DNA of 64,000 nucleotides from contig NC_059426.1 of NCBI RefSeq assembly GCF_021028975.2, forward strand, positions 178,994,001 through 179,058,000, in the 5' to 3' direction. The stretch's first letter is position 1; every line of letters starts with the position of its first letter. Shown here piece by piece: positions 52,206 to 64,000 of the stretch. The notes under the pieces are model-generated. The model searched no databases and was not told where the DNA came from. It worked only from the letters and a program-made list of their open reading frames with translations. Origin of the DNA: Sphaerodactylus townsendi (taxonomy: Eukaryota). The position numbers and the translations under genes are program-made.

Positions 52206-52207
52206 GG

Positions 52208-52819
52208 CATAAGAACATAAGAACAAGCCAGCTGGATCAGACCAGAGTCCATCTAGTCCAGCTCTCTGCTACTCGCAGTGGCCCACCAGGTGCCTTTGGG
52301 AGCTCACCTGCAGGAGGTGAAAGCAATGGCCTTCTGCTGCTGCTGCTGCCCCTGAGCACCTGGACTGTTAAGGCCTTTGCAACCTCAGAACAAGGAGGAT
52401 CAAGATTGGTAGCCATAGATTGACTTCTCCTCCATAAATCTGTCCAAGCCCCTTTTAAAGCTATCCCGGTTAGTGGCCATCACCACCTCCTGTGGCAGCA
52501 TATTCCAAACACCAATCACACGTTGCGTGAAGAAGTGTTTCCTTTTATTAGTCCTCATTCTTCCCCCCAGCATTTTCAATGAATGCCCCCTGGTTCTAGT
52601 ATTGTGAGAAAGAGAGAGAAATTTATCTCTGTCAACATTTTCTACCCCGTGCATAATTGTATAGCCTTCAATCCTATCCCCCCTCAGACGCCTCCTCTCC
52701 AAACTAAAGAGTCCCAAACGCTGCAGCCTCTCCTCATAAGGAAGATGCTCCAATCCTTCAATCATCCTCGTTGCCCTTCTCTGCACTTTTTCTATCTCAA
52801 TATCCTCCTTGAGATGCGG
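52208..52819 (-). mobile_element. CR1 LINE 3' fragment
   Basis: ORF2 C-terminus within ORF 52400..53212; tail abuts a CT/CA microsatellite. Confidence 0.9.
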
Positions 52820-53776
52820 CATGCATTGTTCTCTTCCTTCCTCTTCTCTTTCTATGGCTGTAAAGAAAATTAAAAGCAAATCCCTTCCTGGACGGCAGTG
52901 AGAAAACAGACTCTTGTGTGTATGTGCGTTGGGGTGGGGGTACCTCTGGGGCCAGCTTCCTCCTGGATTCCTCCGCCCCTCCATCCCTAGAAGATGCTGC
53001 AGCCCTGACCTTATTATGCCTCTAAATGGAGAATAGGTTTCCTTTCTGCTGATGGGGGAACACCCTGCCCCCAAAGTGGAGGGCTCTCTTTTGCTGTGTG
53101 CCACCCCCACCCCCCATGTACCTCTCCCCATCCCCAGCTCACCGCTCTGTGCATCCCCCCAAAGCCCAGATGCTTCACCTCCTGATGCAGTGGCAAATTC
53201 AGGACTCCGCACAGCCCACCCACCCCTCTGTCATTGTTCGGCCACTCTAGCACACAGCCCTCTGTGGTTTAACCCTTTTATATACCATAGACCACACACA
53301 TAAAACCCCCCCCCCAGCTTTAAAAACTTTACTTGAAATGTTTAATTTGTTTTTGTACAATATTTTTATTAATTTTCCTCAAATATAATCAATATAAATC
53401 ATATACATAAAACGATTCATGAAGATCAGATGGATTTTGTACCTAAAAGATATCTATGAAAGATGTTTGATTTGTAATTGATGCAATGGAATTTGCTAAA
53501 ATCAAGAACAGCATTCTTTTTATTTGTCACAGAGAGAGCATGTGATAATATCTCATGGATTTTTAATGTTAAAAACACCCAAATATTTAAAATGTGATCT
53601 GTTTCTTTAATTGGATACAGAAAATATATTCTTAAGCACAAGACGAGAATATTAATGAATGGCACTCTTAACAGAGGAATTACAAAGTGACAAAGGAACA
53701 CCAGAAGGCTGTCTATTATCTCTGTTACTATTTATACTAATCAGTTTCTCCTGTGGCCTGTCTTGACCGGCAGTGG

Positions 53777-54508
53777 TGATAGCGGAGCCAGGAGAGAATC
53801 CCGCTCCTAGACTGTGCCAGAACTAAAACGATTGAAAGATTATTCTGTTTTGTATTTATTAGGTAGAAACTAGTTTGTATTAGATAGAAATAGGATTTGT
53901 AAGTTTCCCTGTACTTGTGTTTGTATGGAACCTCCTTGGCCCAAGGCAGAGAGCCATCTCTGCCTCACCCGGACCCATCCCATTCACGTGTAAAGTTTCC
54001 TGATGCACGCGGACAAAGGAAGACCTCAGTCGAAGCGCCTCGCCCTGCCTAATCCTGTCAGCAGGCAGATAAGGCAGCTCACGTCATCGCTCTCTGCTTC
54101 CTGACCCTGGACACCTGGAGAAAACCTTTGTGTTTCCCCCGTCAGTGAACACGTCATCGCCTCGCCCTGCTCTGGCGCGGAACTTGAGAAGGGGATGCCT
54201 ATCGGACACTGATTGGTTCCTGCATGTTGCAATGTATGATTGGTTGTTTTGAATTTTGTTAATGAATGGTGGTGGGCTGTCTTTGGTTCTCCCGGTCCCC
54301 CGACGGGAGAAAGTGTACTTAAGGGGTTGCAAAGCTGCTAGGCGGCAGAGCTGTTGTGCGGAAGGGAGGTGCTGACACCTAGGTCAGCATCTCAATAAAT
54401 CTCTTTTATTTATCTGAGCCTTGTCGGGTCTTGCTTGGGTTCCTGGGCGCTGCCGAGAGCGGGATACCTCTGAGTAAGGAAAGTGTTATCCTGAGCAGCG
54501 CGGTAACA
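53777..54508 (+). mobile_element. Solo LTR (ERV-like), ~732 bp
   Basis: TG...CA termini (TGATAGCG...CGGTAACA), 4-bp TSD GTGG, two ATTGG (CCAAT) boxes ~54212 and 54239, TATA-like tacttaag ~54316, AATAAA 54394. Confidence 0.7.
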
Positions 54509-54619
54509 GTGGGACATTTTTCTTCTTGTTTGCAAAGCCAACTTCACTAAAAAGCTGATGGAAAGAACCAAAACGTCGCCCTTCATTGCCTCCACACCCT
54601 ACACGTCTGGAACTTTTAC

Positions 54620-54996
54620 CAGAGGTGGGATCCAGCAGGTTCTCACAGGTTCCCGAGAGTAGGTTACTAATTATTTGTGTGTGCCGAGAGAGGGTTACTA
54701 ATGGGTGATTTTGCCCCGTGATTTTTGCCTTAGTTACGCCCCTCCTCTCAGCAGTAGCGCGCAGAACTTGAAGCAGTCTAGCAGCAGGTGCACTGGCGTG
54801 CGTGGCAGCCTGCTCCAGCGTGCATTTGTTTCCCATCCAAGGACCGGTACAGCGGCTGCGTCCTTGCCACAGCCCTGCCCCCGGAATGCCCAGCCACGCC
54901 CCCATCGTGCCCCTCCCAGCCCCATTGACGCTACGCCACTGTTTGAATCCCACCACCATGGGAACCTGTTACTAAAATTTTTGGATCCCACCACTG
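54620..54996 (+). mobile_element. hAT MITE family B
   Basis: Close copy of 44632-45023; flanked by cttttac direct repeat. Confidence 0.85.
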
Positions 54997-55325
54997 CTTT
55001 TACTCCTGTGTCCAAACTGTCTTTTCTAATAAACTGTAGTTACACAGAACCACTAGAGAAAAAATACTAACAAGTCCTCTAAAGCTGGCAGTGGGGCCGC
55101 CCATATGGCTGCAAATTTACCTAACCCGGGGTGGGGGGGTCAATTATATACCCTCATCAAGTTTGCCCATCAAGAAAGTCCCTCCCATCTTTGCTCCCAA
55201 TTCCTAGCAACTGTGGCTGGAAATGCTTTTAATCTGCTTGGGCAAATTATACCAGCTAGTTTCTAACAAGCCTTCCGATTCCATTGCATGCCCCGCTAAC
55301 CACATCCTTGCTACTTGCACTGTCT

Positions 55326-56897
55326 TAAGAACATAAGAACTACCCTGCTGGATCAGACCAGAGTCCATCTAGTCCAGCATTCTGCTACTCGCAGTGGCCC
55401 ACCAGGTGCCTTTGGGAGCTCACATGCAGGATGTGAAAGCAATGGCCTTCTGCTGCTCCTGAGCACCTGGTCTGCTAAGGCATTTGCAATCTCAGATCAA
55501 AGAGGATCAAGATTGGTAGCCATAGATTGACTTCTCCTCCATAAATCTGTCCAAGCCCTTTTTAAAGCTATCCAGGTTAGTGGCCATCACCACCTCCTGT
55601 GGCAGCAGATTCCAAACACCAATCACACGTTGCGTGAAGAAGTGTTTCCTTTTATTAGTCCTAATTCTTCCCCCCAGCATTTTCAATGGATGCCCCCTGG
55701 TTCTAGTATTGTGAGAAAGAGAGAAAAATTTCTCTCTGTCAACATTTTCTACCCCATGCATAATTTTATAGACTTCAATCCTATCCCCCCTCAGACGTCT
55801 CCTCTCCAAACTAAAGAGTCCCAAACGCTGCAGCCTCTCCTCATAAGGAAGGTGCTCCAATCCTTCAATCATCCTCGTTGCCCTTCTCTGCACTTTTTCT
55901 CTCTTCGATATCCTTTTTGAGATGTGGCGACCAGAACTGAACACAGTACTCCAAGTGCGGTCGCACCACTGCTTTATATAAGGGCATGACAATCCTTGCA
56001 GTTTTATTATCAACTCCTTTCCTAATTATCCCCAGCATAGAGTTTGCCTTTTTCACAGCTGCCATGCATTGAGTTGACATTCCCATGGAACTATCAACTA
56101 AGAAGCCCAAATCCCTTTCCTGGTCTGTGACTGATAGCACTGACTCCTGTAGCGTGTATGTGAAGTTTGGATTTTTTGCCCCTATGTGCATCACTTTACA
56201 TTTTGCTACATTGAACTTCATTTGCCATTTCTTAGCCCACTCACCTAATTTATCAAGGTCCGCTTGGAGCTCTTCGCAATCCTTTGTGGTTCTCACCACC
56301 CTACATAATTTGGTATCGTCTGCAAACTTGGCCACCACACTACCCACTCCTACTTCCAGGTCATTTATGAATAAGTTAAAGAGCACTGGTCCCAATACGG
56401 ATCCTTGGGGGACACCACTCCCTACATCTCTCCATTGTGAGAACTTCTCATTTATACCCACCCTTTGTTTCCTGTTCCTCAACCAGTTTTTAATCCATAG
56501 GAGGACTTCCCCTCTTATTCCTTCATTGCTGAGTTTTCTCAGCAGTCTCTGATGAGGAACTTTGTCAAAAGCCTTTTGGAAATCCAAGTAGACAATGTCC
56601 ACTGGTTCCCCCTTATCCACATGTCTGTTTACACCCTCAAAGAACTCTAGTAAGTTTGTAAGACAGGACTTGCCTCTACAAAAGCCATGCTGACTCTTCC
56701 TCAGCAGGTCTTGCTTTTTTACATGTTTAATAATTTTATCTTTAATGATAGATTCTACTAATTTACCAGGAACAGATGTCAAACTGACTGGCCTGTAATT
56801 TCCTGGGTCCCCCCTAGACCCTTTCTTAAAGATTGGTGTGACATTGGCCATCTTCCAGTCTTCAGGGATGGAGCCTGATTTCAGGGATAAGTTGCAG
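55326..56897 (-). mobile_element. CR1 LINE, 5'-truncated, young (ORF2 reverse transcriptase and 3' UTR)
   Basis: ORF 55865..56947 has IPEDWKMANVTPIFKKG, YLDFQKAFDKVPH, GVPQGSVLGPVLFNLFINDL and FADDTKL; (CTTATGTT)n tail. Confidence 0.95.
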
Positions 56898-59029
56898 GGT
56901 AAGTTGTCTTCTCCCTGGGACAGCACTTGAAGACGGATCAGGACCATGAGCTGTTGGCCTCTGTGCAGTTTTGGGCTATTTAGAAGAAGAAGAAGAGTTT
57001 GGATTTATATCCCCCCTTTCTCTCCTGCAGGAGACTCAAAGGGGCTGACAATCTCCTTGTCCTTCCCCCCTCACTACAAACACCCTGGGAGGTGGGTGGG
57101 GCTGAGAAAGCTCCAAGAAGCTGTGACTAGCCCCAGGTCACCCAGCTGGCGTGTGTGGGAGTGTACAGGCTAATCTGAATTCCCCAGAGAAGCCTCCACA
57201 GCTCAGGCGGCAGAGCTGGGAATCAAACCCGGTTCCTCCAGATTAGATACACGAGCTCTTAACACTCCTACGCCACTCCTATAGCCCCAAATGTTCTCAA
57301 GCTGGCCATGTTTGGGGGAACATCTCCACTAGGAGTTTGGGGCCCAAAGGAGGTTGTTACCAGAGGCCAGGTTGTCATTCACTAGGTAAAACCTCAACTC
57401 ATTTGGTTGTTGTGGGCTTTCCAGGCTGCGTGGCCCTGGTCTGATAGATCTTGTTCCTCTAACAGACCATGGCCACACAGCCCGGAAAGCCCACAACAAC
57501 CAGTTGAGCCTGGCTGTGAAACCCTTCCACATTCTCCGCTTATTTATTGATTCAAAGTATTTGTATCTGCGTTTCTATAGCCATATTCAAGGCAGTTTAC
57601 AAAATGCAGTAAAATACAGTACATAAACAATACACCTCTAGCATCTTAGTGTTCCCGTTGTAAAGGAAGTTACAACTTTTCATGTCACCTGACTCTTTTT
57701 ACTTACACATCTCATTTTTACATTGCTTTTGGCAATGTTCAATGCTTAAATATTTCTCTTAGTAATATTGAACTTTCAAAATGTCTTGCTGCTTTGAAGA
57801 CCATGTGAATATACAAGAGCAGAAAATGATCCCCACAGTGATCACAATTTGTCATGTTTTTGTTTGATGCGAAACTTTCATGTAAGCAGCACATCTTTCA
57901 GTAACCAGGTTACAAACAGCATCCCTTTCATAATGCCATCTGTCCCTTCCAGAATGTGCAGAATCTTGGTTTTTAATTGCACCATGTTTACAGTTTTATA
58001 TCAAACTTCACTGCTGGCGGGAACTTCATCAGTCGTACAGCGTGTGGGTTTTATGTAACTACAATTTGATTTGTGATTATGTTGTGCTTATATTGATGCT
58101 TTGGAGAAAACAAGCAGGTCCAAATTGGTTAAGAGAAATAAATAAAAGCTAGCTTTAGGGAAACCTAGAATAAAAAAGAACTACCTAGGCAGAGGTGTAG
58201 CAAGGGAAAATGGTGCCCGGGGCAACACCTGCTCCGGGTGTCCCCCGAGGGGCCAAGGTGTGCCCTGCGGTGGCACTGCCAAACTGCTCCTTCAACCGGC
58301 AGAGCCTCCGGAGCAGCCTGGCGGGGCCGGGCAGGAGGAGGGGCGGGCGGCGATTTTTCACCCCCATGTGACCGAACAGTGGCCCACCTGTTACCACAGC
58401 CTGTCGTCAGGCAGGTGAGTCTTGCTGTCTCGTTACCTGTAGGTGAGGTTCAATATTGGCTCTGTCAGAGGTTACTCTAAGGAAGTTTGGAAACAGAGAC
58501 CCTGCCGCAGATTTCCCAAGAATGACTGCATCTAAAACTGGAGGCTTTACGTTTTGGCTCAAGTCTGAGATTTCACATTTTAAAAGGTTCAAGCACGCGT
58601 CCCAGTGTCCCTTCTGTCTTTCAGCTGCAACAAGGATAATTAAAATGCTTTTTCCTGGTACTGAATGCACAGCTACATTGTCCGAAAACATTGAGTTTAA
58701 GTTCCTTTTAGGTTTCTTGGAACAGCTATCCTGTTTTGTTCTGCCACTGAGGCTTGCCTTTGCAGGGACATCTGCAGCCAATTGTTTCTCTCTCCCAAGG
58801 GGATGCCCCGGACAGGCTCTGCTGTGAAATAGGCCCCCTCCCATTCTGTAATCAGAAAATAGCCCCTGCACCCAGGCCCTTCCATTGGGGGGGGGGGAGC
58901 AAAATAAATGGCTTGTCAGCTGGGCATGGGGACCTTTCCAGTCTGTTAGAAAAGATGCCCCTCAGAGGAGGGAGGGTGTCCATCGGGGCCCCCACCTGGG
59001 GGCATTACAGCCAAGTGCAGGAGGAGGGC

Positions 59030-59178
59030 CTAGGGCAGGGAACCTGCGGCTCTCCAGATGTTCGGGAACTACAATTCCCATCAGCCTCTACCAGCATGGC
59101 CAATTGGCCATGCTGACAGAGGCTGATGGGAATTGTAGTTCCTGAACATCTGGAGAGCCGCAGGTTCCCTACCCCTGG
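59030..59178. mobile_element. Short palindromic (foldback) MITE; related copies at ~3190, 6291, 10131, 20829, 21783, 61250
   Basis: Self-complementary ctccagatgtt..actacaattcccatcagcc..cagcatggccaattggccatgctg..ggctgatgggaattgtagt..aacatctggag. Confidence 0.8.
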
Positions 59179-59578
59179 TCTAGGGGGAGAAAGCCTTCAG
59201 TCCTCACCCCCCCCCCCGCATGTCTTCACTACCCCTCTTAACAAGTGCAAACTGTTTTCAGTTGCTGAGCCTGACGTTTTGGGTGACCAATGGCCAGAAT
59301 GGCTTGGGGTGGGGGAAGGTGAAATGGGTGTCGTAGGCACCACAACCCCCAACCCCTCTGCATTCACAACCAGCCCTACCATCTAGGATAAAGCTTGCCT
59401 ACCCTTGTACAGAGATGTTTGGCAGAAAATGAGATACAGGACAAAGAATTATAGAGCTGGAAGAGGCCAGAGGGGCCATCCAGTCCGCCGCCACCACCAT
59501 GCAGGAAGACACATTGAAGAACCACAGGAACTGGAAGAAGGTCCAGCGGAGACATCTTCACCCCCCCCCCCCATCGGG

Positions 59579-59667
59579 NNNNNNNNNNNNNNNNNNNNNN
59601 NNNNNNNNNNNNNNNNNNNNNNNNNNNNNNNNNNNNNNNNNNNNNNNNNNNNNNNNNNNNNNNNNNN
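59579..59667. other. Assembly gap (second gap at 2335-2464)
   Basis: Runs of N. Confidence 0.99.
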
Positions 59668-59720
59668 CCTTCCTTCCTTCCTTCCTTCCTTCCTTCCTTC
59701 CTTCCTTCCTTCCTTCCTTC
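59668..59720. repeat. (CCTT)n microsatellite at the gap edge
   Basis: Visible directly; follows the N-run. Confidence 0.9.
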
Positions 59721-59894
59721 ATTGATGCCCCACTTTTCTCTCTCCACTGAGGAGCCAAAGTACATATCACATTCTTCCCTTTTCTGGTTTACCCTCACAA
59801 CAACCCTGTGCGGTAGATCAGTATGTGACTCACACTGGTCCAAGGTCACTTTACAAGCTTCTCTTGCACAGCAAGGATCTGAGCTGGGTATTCT

Positions 59895-60230
59895 TAGTTG
59901 GGTGAAGAGGAGCCATGTTTAGATATTGGAAAGGATGTCATGTTGGTGAGGGAGCAAGCTTGTTTTCTGCCGCTCCAGAGACTAGGACCAGGAGTCATGG
60001 ATTCAAGGTGGAGGAAAAGAGATTCAACCTAAACATCAAGAAAAACTTCCTGACAGTCAGGGCTGTTCGACAGTGGAATACTGCTCGAAGTGTGATGGAG
60101 TCTCCTTTGGAGGTTTTTCAACAGAGGCTGGGTGGCCATCTGTCAGGAGTGCTTTGATTGTGTGTTCCTGCATTGCAGGGGGTTGGACTTGATGGCCCTT
60201 AGGGGTCTCTTCCAACTCTATGATTCTATG
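59895..60230 (+). mobile_element. CR1 3' end of a different subfamily
   Basis: TRTRSHGFKVEEKRFNLNIKKNFLTVRAVRQWN; tail ctatgattctatga; related tails at ~21585, 24241, 35480. Confidence 0.8.
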
Positions 60231-60346
60231 AACTGAGGCTTTCCCAGTCCTCATCTGCTAAGCCGCACTGGTTCTCAATCTCTGCAACTTGTTCTGTGCA
60301 TACGTTTCAGACTAACCTCAATTGTTGTTGTTTTTTCCCGTTCCAG

Positions 60347-60403
60347 GCCTATATCAAGATCTACCAAGGAGAAGAGCTGCCTCATCCGAAGTCCATGCTG
60401 CAG
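60347..60403 (+). CDS. ATL1: Atlastin internal exon (equivalent to ATL1 exon 10)
   Basis: 57 nt, ttttttcccgttccag|...|gtaagc; encodes [19 protein letters not shown]. Confidence 0.9.
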
Positions 60404-60511
60404 GTAAGCCTTGTGTTCCCAGGGCAAGTGGTGTGTTCAGAAGCATATTTTCGAGCGATCAATTGAGGCAGCTAATAGGGTTCTTGGGGGCGGGCGGGGG
60501 GGGGGGAAGGT

Positions 60512-60600
60512 GGGCTGGCGTAGCCCGATCTTGTCAGATCTGAGAAGCTAAGCAGGGTTGGTACTTGGATGGGAGACCACCACGGAAGATCTGGCAGGAG
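60512..60600 (+). mobile_element. 5S rRNA-derived SINE fragment (reverse copy at ~640-740)
   Basis: gcccgatcttgtcagatctgagaagctaagcagggt...tacttggatgggagaccac resembles the 5S internal control region; internally deleted, so not a functional 5S gene. Confidence 0.6.
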
Positions 60601-60807
60601 ATGATGAAGATGATTTATTAAATGTGTTATACTGCCCACACCTGAAGGGCTCTGGCCGGTGTACAGGTACATATAAAACAGCATTAAAACATACTTTACA
60701 GATTAAAATTTAAAAACATAATCCAAAAACAACGGCTAGAACAAGCAAATCAAGATGGCGACTTAATAGATAGCCTAGCCCTCCACCCTGGTGGAATTGG
60801 ACATAAC

Positions 60808-61199
60808 CAGAGGTGGGATCCAGCAGGTTCTCACTTGTTCCCGAGAGTAGGTTACTAATTATTTGTGTGTGCCGAGAGGGGGTGACTAATTGGTGATTTT
60901 GCCCCGTGACTTTTGCCTTAGTGACGCCCCTCCTCTCAGCAGTAGCGTGCAGAACTGGAAGCAGTCTAGCAGGAGGTGCACCGGCGTGCGTGGCAGCCTG
61001 CGCCTGCATGCATTCGTTTCCCGCCCAAGGACCGGCGCAGCGGCTGCGTCCTTGCCACAGCCCCGCCCAGGAATGCCCCGCCCCCAGAATGCCCGGCCAC
61101 GCCCCCGTCAGGCCCCACCCAGCCCCATTGGCGCGACGCCACAGTTTGAATCCCACCACCATGGGAACCCGTTACTAAAATGTTTGGATCCCACCATTG
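60808..61199 (+). mobile_element. hAT MITE family B (ATL1 intron)
   Basis: Close copy of 44632-45023. Confidence 0.82.
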
Positions 61200-61704
61200 C
61201 AGTCGGTGATATGAAAGACCTCAGCTGGAGAACCAATATTGATCTAGATCAGGGGTCTTCAAACTATGGCCCTCCAGATGTTCATGGACTACAATTCCCA
61301 TCAGCCTTGCCACTTGGCCATTGGAATTGTAGTCCTTGAACATCTGGAGGGCCATAGTTTGAAGACCCCTGATCTAGATGGTCCAAGGGATGGACCATTC
61401 AGAAGGAGGCATCTTCATATGTTCACAATAAACATTGCAGGTGGATGAAATGGAAGTACTTTTCAACATACCCTTTCAGAGGAGGGCCTGTGGCTCAGTG
61501 GGAGAGCATTTTCTTGGAAAGCTAAAGGTCCCAGGTTCTATCCTTGTCAGCTCCAGTTAAGGACCAGGTAATGTGGAAGACCTCTACCTGAGACCTTGGA
61601 GAGTTTCGGCTGGTCTGAGTAGAGAGCATGGACTTTGATGGACCAAGTGTGTGACAGCTTCAGGTGTTCATGTTCACCCCGACACTACCTGTCTCTCCCT
61701 ACAG

Positions 61705-61776
61705 GCCACAGCAGAAGCAAATAACTTGGCTGCTGTTGCCACCTCCAAGGACACTTACAACCGGCGAATGGAAGAG
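61705..61776 (+). CDS. ATL1: Atlastin internal exon (equivalent to ATL1 exon 11)
   Basis: 72 nt, ccctacag|...|gtaagc; encodes [24 protein letters not shown], closer to ATL1 (ATAKDTYNKKMEE) than to ATL2 or ATL3 as recalled. Confidence 0.88.
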
Positions 61777-61916
61777 GTAAGCTGGGACCCGTCAGGGTTG
61801 ACATGAGATTGCTGTTTGGCAGGATCACCTTTGGCGCCATGGACCTTGGAAGACTTGAGCTGGTGTTAGCTCTTGGGGCCAATAATAAGCGGACTCTGGA
61901 TGCAGGATCAGTAGTC

Positions 61917-62881
61917 TTAAGAACATAAGAACAAGCCAGCTGGATCAGACTGGAGTCCATCTAGTCCAGCACTCTGCTACTCGCAGTGGCCCACCAGGTG
62001 CCTTTGGGAGCTCACACGCAGGAGGTGAAAGCAATGGCCTGCTGCTGCTGCTGCTCCTGAGCACCTGGTCTGCTAAGGCATTTGCAATCTGAGATCAAGG
62101 AGGATCAAGATTGGTAGCCATAGATCGACTTCTCCTCCATAAATCTGTCCAAGCCCCTTTTAAAGCTATCCAGGTTAGTGGCCATCACCACATCCTGTGG
62201 CAGCATATTCCAAACACCAATCACACGTTGCGTGAAGAAGTGTTTCCTTTTATTAGTCCTAATTCTTCCCCCCAGCATTTTCAATGTATGCCCCCTGGTT
62301 CTAGTATTGTGAGAAAGAGAGAAAAATTTCTCTCTGTCAACATTTTCTACCCCATGCATAATTTTATAGACTTCAATCATATCCCCCCTCAGACGTCTCC
62401 TCTCCAAACTAAAGAGTCCCAAACGCTGCAGCCTCTCCTCATAAGGAAGGTGGTCCAGTCCTCCAATCATCCTCGTTGCCCTTCTCTGCACTTTTTCTAT
62501 CTCTTCAATATCCTTTTTGAGATGTGGCGACCAGAACTGAACACAGCACTCCAAGTGTGGTCGCACCACTGCTTTATATAAGGGCATGACAATCCTTGCA
62601 GTTTATTCTCAATTCCTTTCCTAATGATCCCCAGCATAGAGTTTGCCTTTTTCACAGCTGCCAGGCATTGAGTTGACATTCCCATGGAACTATCAACTAA
62701 GACGCCCAAATCCCTCTCCTGGTCTGTGACTGATAGCACTGACCCCTGTAGCGTGTATGTGAAGTTTGGATTTTTTGCCCCTATGTGCATCACTTTACAT
62801 TTTGCTACATTGAACTGCATTTGCCATTTCTGAGCCCACTCACCTAATTTATCAAGGTCCGCTTAAAGCTCTTCGCAATCC
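61917..62881 (-). mobile_element. CR1 LINE 3' fragment (ATL1 intron)
   Basis: ORFs 62105..62587 and 62497..62820 encode CR1 ORF2 C-terminus. Confidence 0.92.
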
Positions 62882-63421
62882 TCTTTATTTAGGAGGCAAC
62901 AAGTTCTGCTTGATCTAGCTTCTACATTCATTTTTATCCCATTCGTGCTCCCCTGAACCCCCCCTCCTGATTTCCCAGAGAATGTGTGAAAGAGACGTGC
63001 GAACAAGATTGTTTTCCAAAACGTTTCAGCCAGGGAATTGGGCGAAAAAGCCCACTTGACTGCTGGCACTTACTCTCAAAGCTGCCATTTATTTATTTAA
63101 AACATTTTAATGCCACCTTTCCCCTCAATCAAGTCTTCAACTAAAATGCATTTAAAATGATAAAATAATTATATAAGAACACATAAACAACACTGCAGCT
63201 GTGACCGAGGGACAATAACTGTTATTGGGGGTATTCCAAATGGGACAAAAAATATTCACCTGTTGGTGGAAGACACTGATGGAGGGAGACTTCCTTGCGG
63301 ATGGAGTTGCCAAACTTTGGTGCCATGACTTATTAGCTGAAGTGTTGGGAAGTCTCTCCCTTTTAGAGTAGGGAATTAGCAGGAGTGGACTCTTGGCTTA
63401 GCTAGATGTCAGGCAACGCAA

Positions 63422-64000
63422 GACCAGGGGGCCTCCATTGAAAATACTGGTTGGGAGAATTAGGACTAATAAAAGGAAACATTTCTTCACGCAACACGTG
63501 GTTGGTGTTTGGAATCTGCTGCCACAGGAGGTGGTGATGGCCACTAACCTGGATAGCTTTAAAAGGGGCTTGGACAGATTTATGGAGGAGAAGTCGATCT
63601 ATGGCTCCCAATCTTGATCCTCCTTGATCGGAGCTTGCAAATGCCTTAGCAGACCAGGTGCAGCAGAAGGCCATTGCTTTCACCTCCTGCGTGTGAGCTC
63701 CCAAAGGCACCTGGTGGGCCACTGCGAGTAGCAGAGAGCTGGACTAGATGGACTCTAGTCTGATCCAGCTGGCTTGTTCTTATGTTCTTTAGGAAACATT
63801 TTTTCACGCAACGTGTGATTGGTGTTTGGAATATGCTGCCACAGGAGGTGGTGATGGCCACTAACCTGGATAGCTTTAAAAGGGGCTTGGACAGATTATG
63901 GAGGAGAAATCGATCTATGGCTACCAATCTTGATCCTCCTTGATCTGAGATTCCAAATGCCTTAGCAGACCTGGTGCTCGGGAGCAGCAGCAGCAGCAGC
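63422..64000 (+). mobile_element. Two tandem CR1 3' ends
   Basis: Head-to-tail copies joined at ~63790. Confidence 0.85.

Noticed and set aside
52400-53212. 270-aa ORF
   Set aside because: Chance read-through from unique sequence into a truncated CR1 ORF2 C-terminus.
60512-60600. Possible 5S rRNA gene
   Set aside because: Internally deleted and diverged, lacking correct ends; treated as a 5S-derived SINE fragment.

Overview
Vertebrate genomic DNA, almost certainly a squamate and probably a gecko, judged from the Squam3-like tRNA SINEs, CR1 LINEs, hAT MITEs, Penelope remnants and an extended-SCAN zinc-finger gene. It carries the conserved DNAAF2-MGAT2-LRR1-7SL-RPS29 block: the DNAAF2 last exon (+), intronless MGAT2 (-), four-exon LRR1 (-), a 7SL/SRP RNA gene (-), and an ultra-compact RPS29 (+) head-to-head with 7SL. 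Next come a decayed C2H2 exon split by a hAT MITE, a three-coding-exon extended-SCAN/C2H2 gene (-) that appears to need a GC-AG intron, a solo LTR, and, after an N-gap, two internal exons of atlastin ATL1 (+). Frameshifts in MGAT2 and LRR1 exon 4 fall in visibly noisy sequence and are probably assembly errors. The most notable observations are an intact minimal hammerhead ribozyme in an inverted Penelope-type repeat, a remodelled helix 6 in the 7SL RNA, a ~770-bp AT-rich foldback with periodic 5'-splice-site motifs upstream of LRR1, and a SINE tail supplying the acceptor tract of the SCAN exon. All identifications rest on recalled homologous sequences, not database searches.
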